A DNA stretch of 64,000 nt from Oopsacas minuta (Eukaryota; Animalia; Porifera): NCBI GenBank assembly GCA_024704765.1, contig JAKMXF010000155.1, positions 373,810-437,809 of the forward strand, written 5' to 3'. Below the pieces are notes generated by a model. That model saw nothing but the letters and a program-made list of their open reading frames with translations. It was not told the DNA's origin and did not search any database. The position numbers were made by a program, and so were the translations under genes. Positions 23,831 through 37,299 of this stretch are shown here, one piece after another. How positions within the stretch are numbered: the stretch's first letter is position 1; each line of letters opens with the position of its first letter.

Positions 23831-25136
23831 CTGGGTGGCCATTAAGTTCTGTCCCATTCTTTGATACAGTATCACATAAATACTAATTAGGCTTCCACAA
23901 GTTTAATATAATTAAATCACTCTCAGAAACATTATACTTTATATTTTATAGCTATATGCTGTTTATTCAATTTATCTTGTACAATATTCTATGGATTGTG
24001 AATGGGCTGCCATTGTTGAATTATTTTCTAAAGGTAAATCACAAGGCGAAATTTTAAAATTGCTGAATTTTACATAATCAAGGAGCAAGTTCGTATATAG
24101 AACTATCTTACGTTATCAAAAGACGGGCATCATTCAGGATATACCCCGGAGTGGTCGTGCTAAGTCTATCACTACTCCCAGGATGAAGAATTTAGTTAGG
24201 GACCGAATAAGGAGGAATCCTCTACGATCCATGAGGAAAATGGCAGCTGAGGTCCACATATCCAAAGGATCGATGCAAAATTTAGTCAAGAATGAATTGG
24301 ATTTCAGGTCGTATAAAAGGGAGACTGTTCATTTCCTTTCGGAGACTATTAAGCTGAAAAGGCTCTCGAGAAGCAAGCGTCTCCTTACTCGGCTCGAAAT
24401 TGAAAATCTTGACCGGTTTTTGTTCTCTGATGAAAATTGTTCAGTATAGAGCAGGCTACTAACAAACAGAATGACAGAATATTAGCTCCAAACTCTTCAA
24501 GCATCCCTGAGGATGTTTTGTATGTAGCTAGGACCCAAAACCCCGATCCATTATGGTATGGGCCGGTATTTCGGCGAATGGACGGACTCCGCTAATATTT
24601 GTACCTGAAGGGGTCAAGATAAATGCTGCAACCTATCGGCAGTTGATCCTTGAACCAGTAATTAAACACTCGAGCAGAAATATATTTAGAAATCAACTAT
24701 TTGTCTTCCAACAAGACGGTGCTCCGGCTCACACCGCCAATATCACTCAAAAATGGTTACATGAGAACATTTCAGGATTTCTTTCAAAGGAGGAATGGCC
24801 TCCCTCAAGTGCAGATTTGAACCCAATGGACTTCTCGATCTGGGCCATATTGGAAGCAAAGGCTTGTGCAAAGTCTCACAACAATTTGGACTCCTGAAGA
24901 GATCATTGGTCAAAGAGTGGGAAAATATTCCTCAGGAGGTCCTGTGAGCCGCAGTGGAGTTCTTTCGGACGCGACTAAGAAGTGTAGTCAAGAACAAAGG
25001 TGGCTACATAGAGTAGGATTTGTTTATGTATTGCTAGACATATCTATTAGATATATGCCAAGTAATAATCTATAAGAATGGCTACATAAATAGTTACCAC
25101 TATTCAGAGAGGGGACAGAACTTATTGGCCACCCTG
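23831..25136 (+). mobile_element. DD37D maT transposon, frameshifted transposase
   Basis: 25-bp TIR (2 mismatches) C(T/A)GGGTGGCCA(T/A)TAAGTTCTGTCCC, TA on both sides. 37 residues between QQD and NPMD in ORF 24553-24897. Confidence 0.92.
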
Positions 25137-26172
25137 TATATGTCAAATTTGTGAGCATTTGTATGAAATTCCATTAAAGGGCCGCACAAGGACTTATTTC
25201 TCATATGCATCCCTAAAGCCGGCTAAGCTATGCATTTTCAACACACTCAGGCCTTTACTATTCATAATTTTGAAACTTTGTAAGTCAACATTTTCAAAAA
25301 TATACTCGTCTCGGTCTATGCGAGCACAATTATTAGCCGAAAACATATTTTGTGGGACGATCAATCGCACTTCGAGATAATAAGTCGTCAGGGCTTTTTA
25401 TTAAACTTAAGTCTGGACCTGTAGTTTCAATTTGAACGAGGTATGAGCGGTTGAAGTTTGTAATCAACAAATGTCTTCGGTTAATCAACTTCCTACTGTC
25501 ATATCTTGGTCCAGCTGTTCCCAATTTGGGTCCATGAACCCCTCAGTGGTCCACGGGCGGTAGCATGGGGTTGACAGGATATGTTAAGAAATGTTTGCAA
25601 AGTCGTGCCAAGGATATGTCTGAAATGTGTGAAAAATGCATAATTCAGCCGATTTAGTGATTCATGCCAGAATGTAGAGTATGTGCTAGCGCCTTGAGCA
25701 ATTTTCATGAATTGGATATTGTCCAGTTTAGATAGCCTGAAATACATGGTTTATTGATTCTTTATTCAAAATTGATGATTATCGAATTTATGCCGATTAT
25801 TCGTTAATACAAAGTGATTACAATTTTTATTGATTCAAAAAGTTCTGATTTCCTTGTTGAGCAATTAGCCTGTCTCAAATTTTACATTCCTCCAAATGTC
25901 TATAACCGTGATCCATACGAATCTAGTCCAAATTGGTCTGAAAACGTTTATTCAGCAACCGTTTGGATATGTAGGCCTGTAATATATACACATTTCTATT
26001 TCATCGACTAATTGCAGAGTGTATATATATTGTGAAAATTTATTCTTGATATTTTCATACATTTTCAATTTCAGGATATTTTACTTAATTATTGATGGAT
26101 GAAAATCATTTTTACTCGATCCTGAGTGTAACACATACCTTCTGCGCTCTTAATGAATACAGGCATATCCTA

Positions 26173-27930
26173 CACTGCCTGGCCAAAAGTATTTGAACAT
26201 ATTTCTACAAATCGAAGTGTTAATTCAACAATTCGAAAAATCATTAAGCATTCGAATATAAGTTTATATGTAGTATTAACGTTGACAAATACATGTAAAT
26301 AGCTAAAAATAGAGAGTATATCATATAGTTTCACAAAAATTCTGGTGTTCTAACTATACTATTATGTAATAAGTGATCTAACTTTATTCTAGTGATATAC
26401 ATCTTTAGTATTTTGTTTGTGTCCCGTTGGCCTTTTTCAATTCTGCCAACCTTTTTGGCATTGAGCTGATCAATTCTTCCAATTCTTTCTGAGAGATTTG
26501 TTCCCACTCCTCTTTTAGCATGGATCTTAGTTGGGTTAGAGATGTTGGCAACGCATTTCGTGAATTTATTCTTCTTCCGATTAAGCCCTATAGGGACTCG
26601 ATCAAATTCATATCTGGGCTCTGGGGGGGGCCATCTTAATAATGGGATCTTTTTCGCCGTGAACCAATTTCTTGTCCTTTTGGACATGTGGGCTGGAGCG
26701 TTGTCTTGTTGAAATGTCAATATCTTCCCATATTCTATAGAGGGTATATAAAAATTTTTATAAAATGGCCCAAGAATTCGAGTTATATAGACATGTGAAG
26801 TGACATTTTGTTCTACGAATATCAATGGACCCAATGTATTCCCATAATAACATCCCCATACTAACACAGAACCACCATTCCCTTGTAAAGTCCTTGTTAC
26901 GTTGTTAGGGTTGAATCTTTGATTACTTTCCCTCCATACTCTAACTCTTCCATCTGAGTTGAAGAGTTTGAATCTTGATTCGTCAGACCATATAATGTCT
27001 GCCCAATCTCTCGGGGAAAAACTCTTACAATTTAGGTAAAAACTCAACCTTTGTTTGCGATTTTTCTCCGAAATATGGAGTTTCTTTGCTCTCATACAAG
27101 ATTTAAATCCAATTTCCTTCAGAGTTCTCCCCAAAGTTCTCTTAGAAATATTGATACTAGATTCGTTCACTTGATTCGAAAGTAACTTCAGTGTTTTAAA
27201 TCTGTTTTTCCTTACAATCCTTTTGACCACACGTATGTCCCTTTGGAGAAGTTTACGCGGTCTTCCAGATCTTGGAAGATTTTCTGGATTGCCAAACTTC
27301 TTCCACCGAGACACAATAGAATGTATCGAAGAGAGGGAAACGTTTAATAATGAAGAAATCTGTCTGTAAGTATGATTTCCTCCTCTGAATAGCCCGACTG
27401 CTTGGTTACGCAGACTTTTACTAATTTCTTTAATTTTCATCATAAGTTGCTAGTTGTAAATATATCTCAGAAATTAAATAATTGTATGAAATCGTATCTG
27501 AAGCAAAACAAAGAAAATACTGATAACGCTATACTTCTGTTCAGCCATGGTTCACGAATCACGATAACAATAGACTATATCACTGGAATTTACAAGTATA
27601 TATCTTGCCAATTTTGATTAATGACTTGAGTATACTTTAACTTGTGGTTCATTAATTATAACATTGCATTTTCGACAATATATTAATGATAAATATAATG
27701 GTATGTGAACGTATTAAATCTGAGTATTTTGCAAGTTACAAAAGATATTTGATAAATTTCTAGATATTAAACACGAGCATAGACACCGACTCCAAAGTTA
27801 AAGATTATTCAATCAGTAATTTTTAGATAAGTATGCAATAGTCTAAATGCATACCTAAGGTATATAATAATCGAAGTGCTGGATTTGTACAGTTAGAATG
27901 ATTTGTTCAAATACTTTTGGCCAGGCAGTG
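26173..27930 (-). mobile_element. Tc1 (DD34E) transposon, full length
   Basis: Perfect 27-bp TIR CACTGCCTGGCCAAAAGTATTTGAACA, TA TSD on both sides. Confidence 0.93.
26404..27443 (-). pseudogene. Tc1 transposase with a single +1 frameshift in a G8 run near 26623-26630
   Basis: HTH, SGRPRK, IWSDESRF, VLVWGC, FQQDNAPAH. Removing one C from WPP(C8) restores WPPQSPDMNLIE, giving D-34-E spacing. Confidence 0.88.
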
Positions 27931-29479
27931 TAGTTTGAATAAGACTGACTTAAATTCCTCCTACGTCACGGGATCAGCTCATCTAAATACCCCAAAATAC
28001 TTGTCCGATTACAATCTTTGCCCGAGGAGGGCTGAGTCCTGGCTACGGCTATGCCAATATTGTCCTCAATGCATTAGTTATATTCTGGCTATGAAATCTT
28101 CTAATGTTTATTTTAGGGCATATACAACAAGGAGGCGCTCCATCACCTCTGGATCGGCTATATTCATGTGAAATGGCTACTAAGTGCATGGATTGTGTAT
28201 ATGAAATGGTTTCCAATTGTATTCAGAATTCAGGTGAGGTAACTGCTATGGATCACGATAGTGTTTTTGTTCTTGGACTGATTCAACAATCATTTATCCC
28301 TACACCTGTGACAGAGTTGAAATTACTCACGAATTTCGATAAACGCACTCATTCAAAGGTATGGTGGAAGCAAATTCATATTTTAATGCGTATCCTTACG
28401 GACCACTTTGAAACAGAGTATGTGGGAGAGGCTAATGTACTTGTATAAACTTGAAGTACAATGAAAGAACTGAAGTGCCATTTACATGTTCCATCTTGCA
28501 CAGATGTTTTCAATTGAATTTATTGTCTATTGGGGTTTCCTTTTTCCTAAAGATATATATATGTATAAGTATAACCTCTTTCAAAATACATACAATATAC
28601 ATTTAATAATATATAAACTGGAATTTGGAAAACATTCTATTATATTTACCCATGAAATTTCGAATAAACACTAGAAATTCGACTGTTGTATTGTGATTAG
28701 CAAATTTATATGTTTAACCTCCAAGGGCTGCGCAAGTTGAGTACGGTGGGTCCTGTTGCAGTTTCATGTACCTCCTATTTCGCCCCTTAAGTGAACGTTA
28801 ACCGGTATATAGGTCTGATTGTACCGATGTCGAATATTTGCCACACTCTTTCAAATGGTATTGTTGTTTTTCGAATATGCTCGTATCTCAGATATGATGC
28901 TAAATTATAGTAGTATTATTGAATATAGGACTATACGAATATGCCAAGTATTCGTTCGAAATATTTGAACGAATATTCATTCGATTGAGTAGTATTCATT
29001 TAGTACTTTCTTAACAATATCCATTTTTTCCTAAATAATTTCATTAATTCAATTGCTTTAGTTGGTCATAATTCATGATGATTGAAAATATAATCAATTC
29101 CATATAATTGTATGAAACTTTCATTCTCAAATTCTCTAGATATTTATCGAATATTACTTCGAAGGTGTGAAATGCTTACTCATCAAAGCGACATAATATT
29201 TTGATATTATTCTTTACTATTTCGAATACTCGTTTGCCCTAATTTTATTTATAGTCAAGGATCAAGGTATCGTATTGATTTTGATTTGTGAATCGAGATT
29301 TAAACCATTAGCGTATTCGAAAATTCAACTAAAATATTCAAGTACAGTTGAACCTCTATAGTGGGCCATGATGGTACAATTCTCTATTCTATATATATAT
29401 ACAAATACAAATACATATTAGAGAACCTCTACCCATCAATTCTATTTAATCTAAATTCACCTCTCACGTCATCAATAAC

Positions 29480-30420
29480 TCGAATAAATTTATCATTTGT
29501 TAAGAAAGATTTACATATTTGAGAGCAATTTGACTTCTTGAGATATGAAAATACGGCTTAACCGGCGACAAATACAAGGACCTCAATTTGCAGGTGATAT
29601 ACCATGTATTTTTAATGACAACCCTTGAGGTTAATATACTATAACGGCGTCCGTGCTTATGGATAATAAAATATCTCAATTGATCGAGTAAAGAGCGAAC
29701 ACTTGTTGGTTGTAAAGTACAAATGGGGTCAACTTCAGGACGATCTATGGCTATATCTGAATCATTATTCCCAATAACACATTCCAATTCATTAATCGCA
29801 TTCTGAATAAATTTTCGAATCGACGGTAGTGTTGGTGGAGGTAAAATCGAGTCACTTTTTGAAGATAATTCAATCTCATCTATTATGATAGCCTCAATTT
29901 GACGAATATCATTGATTTTGTCTTTGGATAAATGAAATAGACACTCCTCCTTAAAAAACCCTTCAACAACAAATGGGCATCAATTACAAGTGGTCTCTCA
30001 CTATAAAGTTTGCCTTTTAACAAAACAATTTTGGTAAATACAAATTATCATCAATTCTATGGGTACTCCAGCTCTTAGTCATTTCGATCAAAGACAATTT
30101 ATCAACAATATCTATGAGATAAGTAATTAGAACTTAGTTGTCCTTGTTTCATTATCCAATCGGATTTGGTTCAGTGCAGCTTGAAAGAATGCCAGCTCTT
30201 TAGAACCTATTGAAAACCTCTTTGGTTTTTCAGTTGTATTGGTCATATGCTTGGGACAATTCGGAAAAGACAAGGTACAGCAGACTTCGTTAGGATGAAA
30301 CGATCCCGTTGGCGTATCACCACTTGTACACCATCAGAAACCTGAAAGGACTTTTTGAATATCCTCTTCTTGGAAGTGACGGATACATACCTATATGACG
30401 GGGTAGAATATAGTTATTGG
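29480..30420 (-). pseudogene. THAP/P-element transposase N-terminal remnant
   Basis: Minus strand near 30240-30400 reads VCIRHFQEED...LTKSAVPCLFPNCPKHM (THAP). ORF 29500-29787 has DQLRYF..HKHGRRYS, like P/THAP9-type transposases. Confidence 0.65.
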
Positions 30421-31347
30421 CAAAGTATAGTATTAACTTAACCAAGTCAAAGAAAGCACAGACAATATACCAAATATACAATCAAGCTATTGTTTTTACT
30501 TGAATATAAATATCCTCCTAGCCTGAAGTCGTAAATTCTAATCTTAGGTTTTTACTAATATCAGTCTTATCAAATTGATTATAAATCGAATTGTAAGTGT
30601 AGTTGAAACCAAACAAAATTACTTACTTTCAACTCCTTATTGTTTTCATAATCTTCCTTTGGTCTAGGAATACTTCTAAACCATTTGTTTCGCAATTCCT
30701 CGTGTTTAGGAAAGTTGAAAACTTGAGTATAATCTGTATCTCTGTAGTTAGAATTACACCCAGGAACAAGACAACTTATAGGGGGTTAGAAAAATGACAT
30801 AACATTAGCTATGTTCGAGATACACGTAAAGGTAATAAAAATACAATACAATTAGTATAGAAAGACTAAACGTATTTAACCAAGTGCTAGTATTGTAAAA
30901 ATTCACTTTTTGTTAATTTATGTTTAGTAATGTATTTAAAGATTATGGTTTAATTATGTATCCGTCTGCTCAAGTAATTGAAATTATGAAGATTATAACA
31001 GAGATTTTTTGGAAAATTGATAATAATATGGAATTATTTCAAGATTTTTATAATTGTTCATCCTGAACCAGGCTTATAAAATTATCTTGCGCTGTTATAG
31101 AGAATCAGCATGGTGAACTTTTGAGGAGTTGGTGTAATTGTAGTGTGTCTCATTGGGAAATATTAAAGCAACTATTACGAAATATTTCTAATTACATTCT
31201 TTCTATCAAGGTTAAAACATTAAATGTGTTAGTATCAAGTCACAAAGTCACTAAGCTTAAGAAATATGAGGACTAATGTATTTGTGACTTCTAGCTTTAT
31301 CACAGACTTTCAAATCTACAATCTAGACTATGTGAAGAGCGTAATGC

Positions 31348-31367
31348 TCTATCTATCTATCTATCTA
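31348..31367. repeat. (TCTA)5 microsatellite
   Basis: Read directly from the sequence. Confidence 0.8.
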
Positions 31368-31515
31368 TCAGAAGTAGTATTTAAGATATTAGCTTATTGT
31401 GTTAGAATCAGTTAGATACTTTATGATTTGTTTGTATTTCTATAATATTACATTTTGGAATTATACTGTCTCTCACTACCTAGTGTTAACTAGCATTTTT
31501 GTAGTAGTAGTAATA

Positions 31516-32829
31516 CAGGGTGCGTTTTAAGTTCTGTCCCATAGTCAAATCCTCATAACTTTACTACAATAGATCTTTTACTATTTAAACTTTTATACCA
31601 GTTTACTATGATCAATACAATTACATAATCGCACTGATTACTCAATATAACCTCCCTTGTCATGAATGACACTTGATATCCTGCCAGGTAGGGCCTCAAC
31701 TGCAGCACGGAGTACATCTTGGGGTATTTTCTCCCACTCTTCTCGCAATTTTCGCTTCAAAGAGTCTATACTCTTGTGAGATTTAGCACAGACTCTGCTT
31801 TCGAGAATGGACCATACCGAATAGTCCATTGGGTTCAGGTCTGGGCTATATGGAGGCCATTGCTCTTTCTCAATAAAACATGGAATATTGCTCTGAAGCC
31901 AGGTTTGGGTAACATTTGATGTGTGAGCTGGTGCTCCGTCTTGTTGAAATACAAATGACCCACCATTAAACATGGTTTGGCTAAGGTTCTTCACTATGGG
32001 CTCTAAAATTAAGTCACGATAAGTTGTCGAGTTTATTTTTACGCCTGCTGGCCCAAAAATTAGTGGCGTCCGACCAACAGCCGATATTCCAGCCCAAACC
32101 ATTACTGAAAGTGGTTTTTGGACTCGAGGAACGTACTTCAGATCTGGATCAATAGTAGATGACTTGTGTGATATAATCCTGTCGTTTTGAGGGTTCAAAG
32201 CTTCCTCAATGGTGAAAATCTTTTCGTCGGAGAATGCAATTTTTTTAATATCATGATTTACGTGCCTACGTAATTGTCCCTTACATCTTTGAAGCCTCTT
32301 GACCTTTACTTGCTCACTTAGGAAGTGAACTTTCTTTCTTCTGAATGAACGCATGCCTAAGTTCACTTTCACAATTTTCCGTACTGAAGACTCTGATACT
32401 TTGAGTTCCTGAGCCATTTTCCTCATTGAACGCCGTGGGTTCCTACGGATACGTTCCCGCACCAACTTTTGGAGTGCTGGAGTCGTTACTGAAGGGGGAC
32501 GACCACTTCTTGCTTTGTCACAAACTTCCCCAGTCTCGTTGTACCTCCGAATCGTACGATAGACAAACTTACGTCTATTAGCGGGAATATTGAGCAACTT
32601 CAAAATTTCTTTCTGAGTCTTGCCATTTTTAGCTAACTCAATAATAGCTGACCTTTCGTGTTCCATCAAATGAAAATACTAATACGTGAGAATGGTGTAT
32701 TGTATAATAGCTATAGGTGCTAGCTAAACAATATAGTAAAATAATCAACATAGTAGTATTAAGGATATGCTTAGAATATAGATAATACAATAAAACATAA
32801 AGATGGGACAGAACTTAAAACGCACCCTG
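31516..32829 (-). mobile_element. Full-length DD37D maT transposon with intact ORF
   Basis: Perfect 27-bp TIR CAGGGTGCGTTTTAAGTTCTGTCCCAT, TA TSD on both sides. Confidence 0.96.
31638..32669 (-). CDS. DD37D (maT) transposase, 343 aa, uninterrupted
   Basis: HTH, SGRP, FSDEKIF, VMVWAGIS, FQQDGAPAH, WPPYSPDLNPMDY. I counted 37 residues between the second and third Asp. Confidence 0.95.
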   Translation of the reverse strand: MMEHERSAIIELAKNGKTQKEILKLLNIPANRRKFVYRTIRRYNETGEVCDKARSGRPPSVTTPALQKLVRERIRRNPRRSMRKMAQELKVSESSVRKIVKVNLGMRSFRRKKVHFLSEQVKVKRLQRCKGQLRRHVNHDIKKIAFSDEKIFTIEEALNPQNDRIISHKSSTIDPDLKYVPRVQKPLSVMVWAGISAVGRTPLIFGPAGVKINSTTYRDLILEPIVKNLSQTMFNGGSFVFQQDGAPAHTSNVTQTWLQSNIPCFIEKEQWPPYSPDLNPMDYSVWSILESRVCAKSHKSIDSLKRKLREEWEKIPQDVLRAAVEALPGRISSVIHDKGGYIE

Positions 32830-34099
32830 TAGATTCGTGAGCTTAGTCAGAAAAGCTATTAGGGTACTTCCAATTAACTACTAACCAGTTTTAGGCTTAT
32901 GACTTTGTTATGTCTCCCTCAAAATAGAATATTTCTTGCTCTGCAATAATATAGTTAATGTATAAATTTAAATATATGAGTGCATCCATGGTTCATATAC
33001 GTTAGTGACTGCCATTCCCTTAGTGCATAGAATGCTATGGTAGTACCTTATTTGTTCGGTTGTCATTGAATTAATATATTATTTGACTATCACTTCACTT
33101 TTGAATTTTAGGTAAACTTAATACCAAGAATGAGAACCTCAGTAACTTAAGTACTTATTCAATCATGCTATTTTACAGCACAAATTCGTAAATACTAATT
33201 AAGATTATGCTAATTTATGTCAATTTTTCAAATTTTGTATAAATTGAAATTTCAAAGAATTTTATTACAAATTCCGAATTATAGAATTATATTTTGTAAG
33301 GTTTCGTTGGTACTATTAAAGTGCCTTATTCTCCACTCCCCACTTATAGATGTTCGTTTCTATGGGCATGAACAGATATGTGCCAAATTGTCCGCTTATA
33401 GGCTTCCCGATTTATAGATTCCAAATGAGTTATTTAGGAGCGCTAGACAATCCTCTAGGCGTATGATTTTTGGCGATATTATATTTAGCAGCGTAAAATC
33501 GAGGATCTTTCCTTTTACCATAGCACTAATTTACTGATTATTCCGCATAAAAATTTTGCCCGTGGAGTGCTACGAGCGTGTTCTGAATAACTTGTATAAC
33601 TCCATATAGATACCCCACTTATAGACTTATAGGTTGCACGGTATATCTGAATTTAGGATATTTGCTATTATAGAGTAAATGGCAGAAAGACCACTAATTA
33701 TACAAATATGTAGTGGAACTTGAACTACGAAATATATTAACTGGAAACTACAACGATTTTCTTTACCAGGGGTATGTAAGAAGTCCATTGTAGTATATGA
33801 ATTTCAAATAACTCCGTTAATATATTGTAGCTATCACAAGATTCAAAATATGATGTCAGTGATAATACATTCCACATTTATGCAAATTATATTTCGTCAA
33901 AGATTCCAAAAACTCGAGGAGATACAAGTATACTAAGTTGAAGTCAGTGGTGTAGTGGGGGGTTGAGTATAATTTTCCCAAAGTAGGGTCAGTTCAAATT
34001 GATATTTGATATCCAAAATCAAACTCAAAGTGTTGTATTTTCAGAACAATGTATAGCTGACACCTAGATGTTTACCATGATATCGGTATAATCATGAAA

Positions 34100-37070
34100 T
34101 TCTGAATGAAACAGTCACAATGGGGTTCTAAAAATGGCAAATTTCTCGTGTTATCACGTATTTCAAAATTCATTATCATTTTTATTCAACTTATATTTCT
34201 ACTTTCACTTATATTCATGATTTCTATTGATTTATGATGTGCTCGGATAGGCTTGCACTCTCTCAGTGAATCAAATATGTCCGGTTCTCTTCTGATTCAC
34301 TCTTCGCTTCTTCAGCTATACCAGGGGTTCTTAACCTTTTTGAAGTGACGAACCCCCTATGAAGATCTGGTGAAAGCTATGGACCCCTGTCCAGAAACTG
34401 TACAAACTAAATAATGCGTTAAGTTGGCACAATTTTATTATTACTCACATGATAAATCTGAAGGAAAAATATGGTGTTTTGAATTAATAGTTATTTAGTA
34501 TATTAGTAAATGTGTATAATTCAGAATTAGTATGTTATGATAATCGCGAGAAAAAATATTTCTTATATAAATAGAATGCAAAGTACATGAAACTTCTTTC
34601 TGCTCGAAGTGACAGAGCTTTTCAGTGTGAAGACTGTTGCTGTTTTGCTTCAATAAGGAGATGAAATTCTGGGATGATATTTGATAAAGCAATACGCATG
34701 TCATGTTGGACATCCAATTGATTTCTATTTTATGTTTTTATGTTAACAAGTCCTGAAAATCCTGACTCACAGAGGTAAGTGGTTGCGAACGGTATCAAAG
34801 CTTTCATAGCTCGTTTAGCGAGACGAGGGTAAACTTGTGTCAATGAACACCAAGACTCTCCCAGACTCTTCGAATTGAACTCACAATGTAACATTTCCTT
34901 TGTTCTTAAGTCAATAATATCATCTTTGGCAAGGTCTGAATCATCAATGGAGTTAACATCAGTAGAAAAGTGATTACGAATCCAAATTTCAACTTTTAGA
35001 TCACGTGAAGAGAAATAACCTGTAAATGAGTTCTGTAATGTATCCAGGTGTTCGCACATTTCAATCTGAAGAGAGGCTGAGAGGGGTTTGTTTCTCTCGA
35101 CTCCATCATGCAGAAGCACTTCCTCCAGCATTGAAAAGTTCACATAGTTGCCTCCCTCGAGTCTCCTCTTCCATAAGCCCAACTTGTCCAGCAAAGCTTG
35201 TAGCCTTTCAGCAACATCCATAATGTAGACTTCGGGTCCTTGGATTGAAAGATTTACCTCATTCATATGGCCAAATATGTCTGCCAGTGCATGTTGATGT
35301 AAGAAACAGTGAGTCACAGTTACATTAGGAGCTTTTTTCTTCACCAAAGCAGCAAAACCAAGTTTATTGCCAAGCATCGCAGGTGCTCCATCTGTACACA
35401 GACTACCCAACTTTTTCTTCCAATCAAAGTTTTGCATAGCAAAGAAGCTTTGGAATTTCAAAAATATCGGTGGCCTTTGTTGTTTGTATAAGTGGTTCAC
35501 AAAATAGAGACTCTTCTTTGATGGCTTCGGCTTGCGCATAGCGGACGAAAACAAGTAGCTGGCTACACTAAGTGATGTCTGTAGTTTCATCAAGTTGCAT
35601 ACTGAAAGGGAATGGTGTGTCTGCTAGTTCCTTAATGATTTGTTTCAAAATATTAGAGAAAATATCAACTATTCTGGAATGTATGACATCATTTGACAAA
35701 GGCACTGCTTCTATTTTCTTCCTTTGCTCCAATCCACAAACAAGTTCGACCATGTCCAAAGCACATGGCTTTATTAAAGTTTCACAAATCGTATGAGGTT
35801 TCTTTTGATTGGCGATGCGATAAGCAACTTTATAAGATGCTTCGAGGCAAGGCTTCTGTGTTGGACAAAGTCCAAGTTTTGGCAAAGTCCCAGTCTTCTC
35901 AAATCTTGCTTTCTTTGTATGAAAACTATCCACATCGTAAGTTACATAATCAGGATGTACAGCTGTGAGGTGCTCCTTAAGTTTAGCAGGCTTCAAACTT
36001 CCATTTGCAAGAACGATGCCACACAAAACACACTGAGGCTTTTGTCCCATCACGTTCAGTAATGTAAGTAAAACCAAACGATACATAGGATTCAACGTAC
36101 TTCCTTTTCTTCGACATAATGAGCTAGATAAACTATAATCTATATTAACAAATTTGCACGGTATGGACTCCCTGAGGGACACCTACGGACCCCGGTTAAC
36201 AAACCCTGAGCTACACTCTTGCTGTTTTCTACTATTCTTGCTTTGTTGTCTCTATTCTCCTCATCATTGTTGGCATCGAGATTAATCCATGGCCTGTCAC
36301 TCCAATTCAAGATGCATATCACGAACAAGGTAATTAATTTAACCATGGCGTGGCAAAGCGTATAATATTTCTAACTGTTTTTTCAAACGGGGTGGGTTTT
36401 CTTACTCAAATTGTTTGCGATTATGTGAAGAATTAAATGTTTGAACAAATTTTCATTATTTTTTCTTATCACTTTCCTTGGAATAATGTTAAAAATCAAA
36501 GTTTCTACTGTAATATATATTTTGTTTTAGTATTACCAAGGATATCAGAATCATGGTAAATTTATGGTCTCTACATTTCATTTTCTTGATGCTTAGATCC
36601 GCAAGCTCTGTCAGCGCCAAGATGCCTACTTCATTTTGGGGAACAATTAGCCTGGAGGTCTACTCTTGTATTATACCTATCAAGAGACATCTGTTATTTT
36701 TGAATTGGAAAACAACTCGTACCACGTTTAGAACATTGTGAGAAATGCCGTGTTCAGAATCCTCCTTTCGAATGTTCAGTAAGTACCTCTTGTTCAGAAG
36801 AAAAGTTCCAAGTGAGTTTTAGTCATACAAAGTTAGGTATTACCATGAGAGCACCATTAATTACATCTACTATAATAACAGATGCATGGAAAAGTGTAGC
36901 AGAGTGTTCTGATTCAATTTTCACATTTGGTAACCTAGATTTATTGGATCTTGAATGATATTTACGATACGGCATCCTTCTTATTGTCTGGGCATCTTCA
37001 GCCTCCGATTTAGCTGAGTATGACCGATTGAAGAGAGATTCCGATGCCAAAGCTCTAGGCCACTAAGTGG
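34100..37070 (-). mobile_element. Possible Ty3/gypsy-like LTR retrotransposon debris hosting the hAT insertion
   Basis: Minus-strand fragments RLIVPQ (integrase zinc-binding-like) near 36650 and NWSDRPW (cf. WPERPW before the integrase core) near 36300. No LTRs recognised. Confidence 0.35.
34322..36208 (-). mobile_element. hAT Buster-type transposon with internally deleted, frameshifted transposase
   Basis: TIRs CAGGGGTTCTTAACC / CAGGGTTTGTTAACC (rc). 8-bp TSD AGCTATAC / AGCTACAC (nnnTAnnn). ORFs with KPQCVLCG..LKPAKLKEHL, QLDETTDI, CTDGAPAM, HCFLHQHAL, FATTYLCESGFS. Confidence 0.92.
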
Positions 37071-37299
37071 CGGTAATAATGTGTATTACCTGTTTAATGC
37101 ATCTTAATCTCAGTTGTGGGCAGATGGCGCTAGGTTTTATGGTTTATCTTTGTCTCATAATGTTTCTGGATTTTTGCAATTCGCTGAAACCGTCGTTATT
37201 GATGAGTGCGTACTTTCACAAGCTGTATCTTAACTACTTATGGTAAAAGCTTTTTGAAGTGTGGTTAGTAACAGCACAACCTAAAGATGGCCATGTTTA

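Noticed and set aside
25140-25560. TTAAAGGGCC (Kolobok-like) start and a Buster-like end at ~25515
   Set aside because: I could not find mate termini or TSDs.
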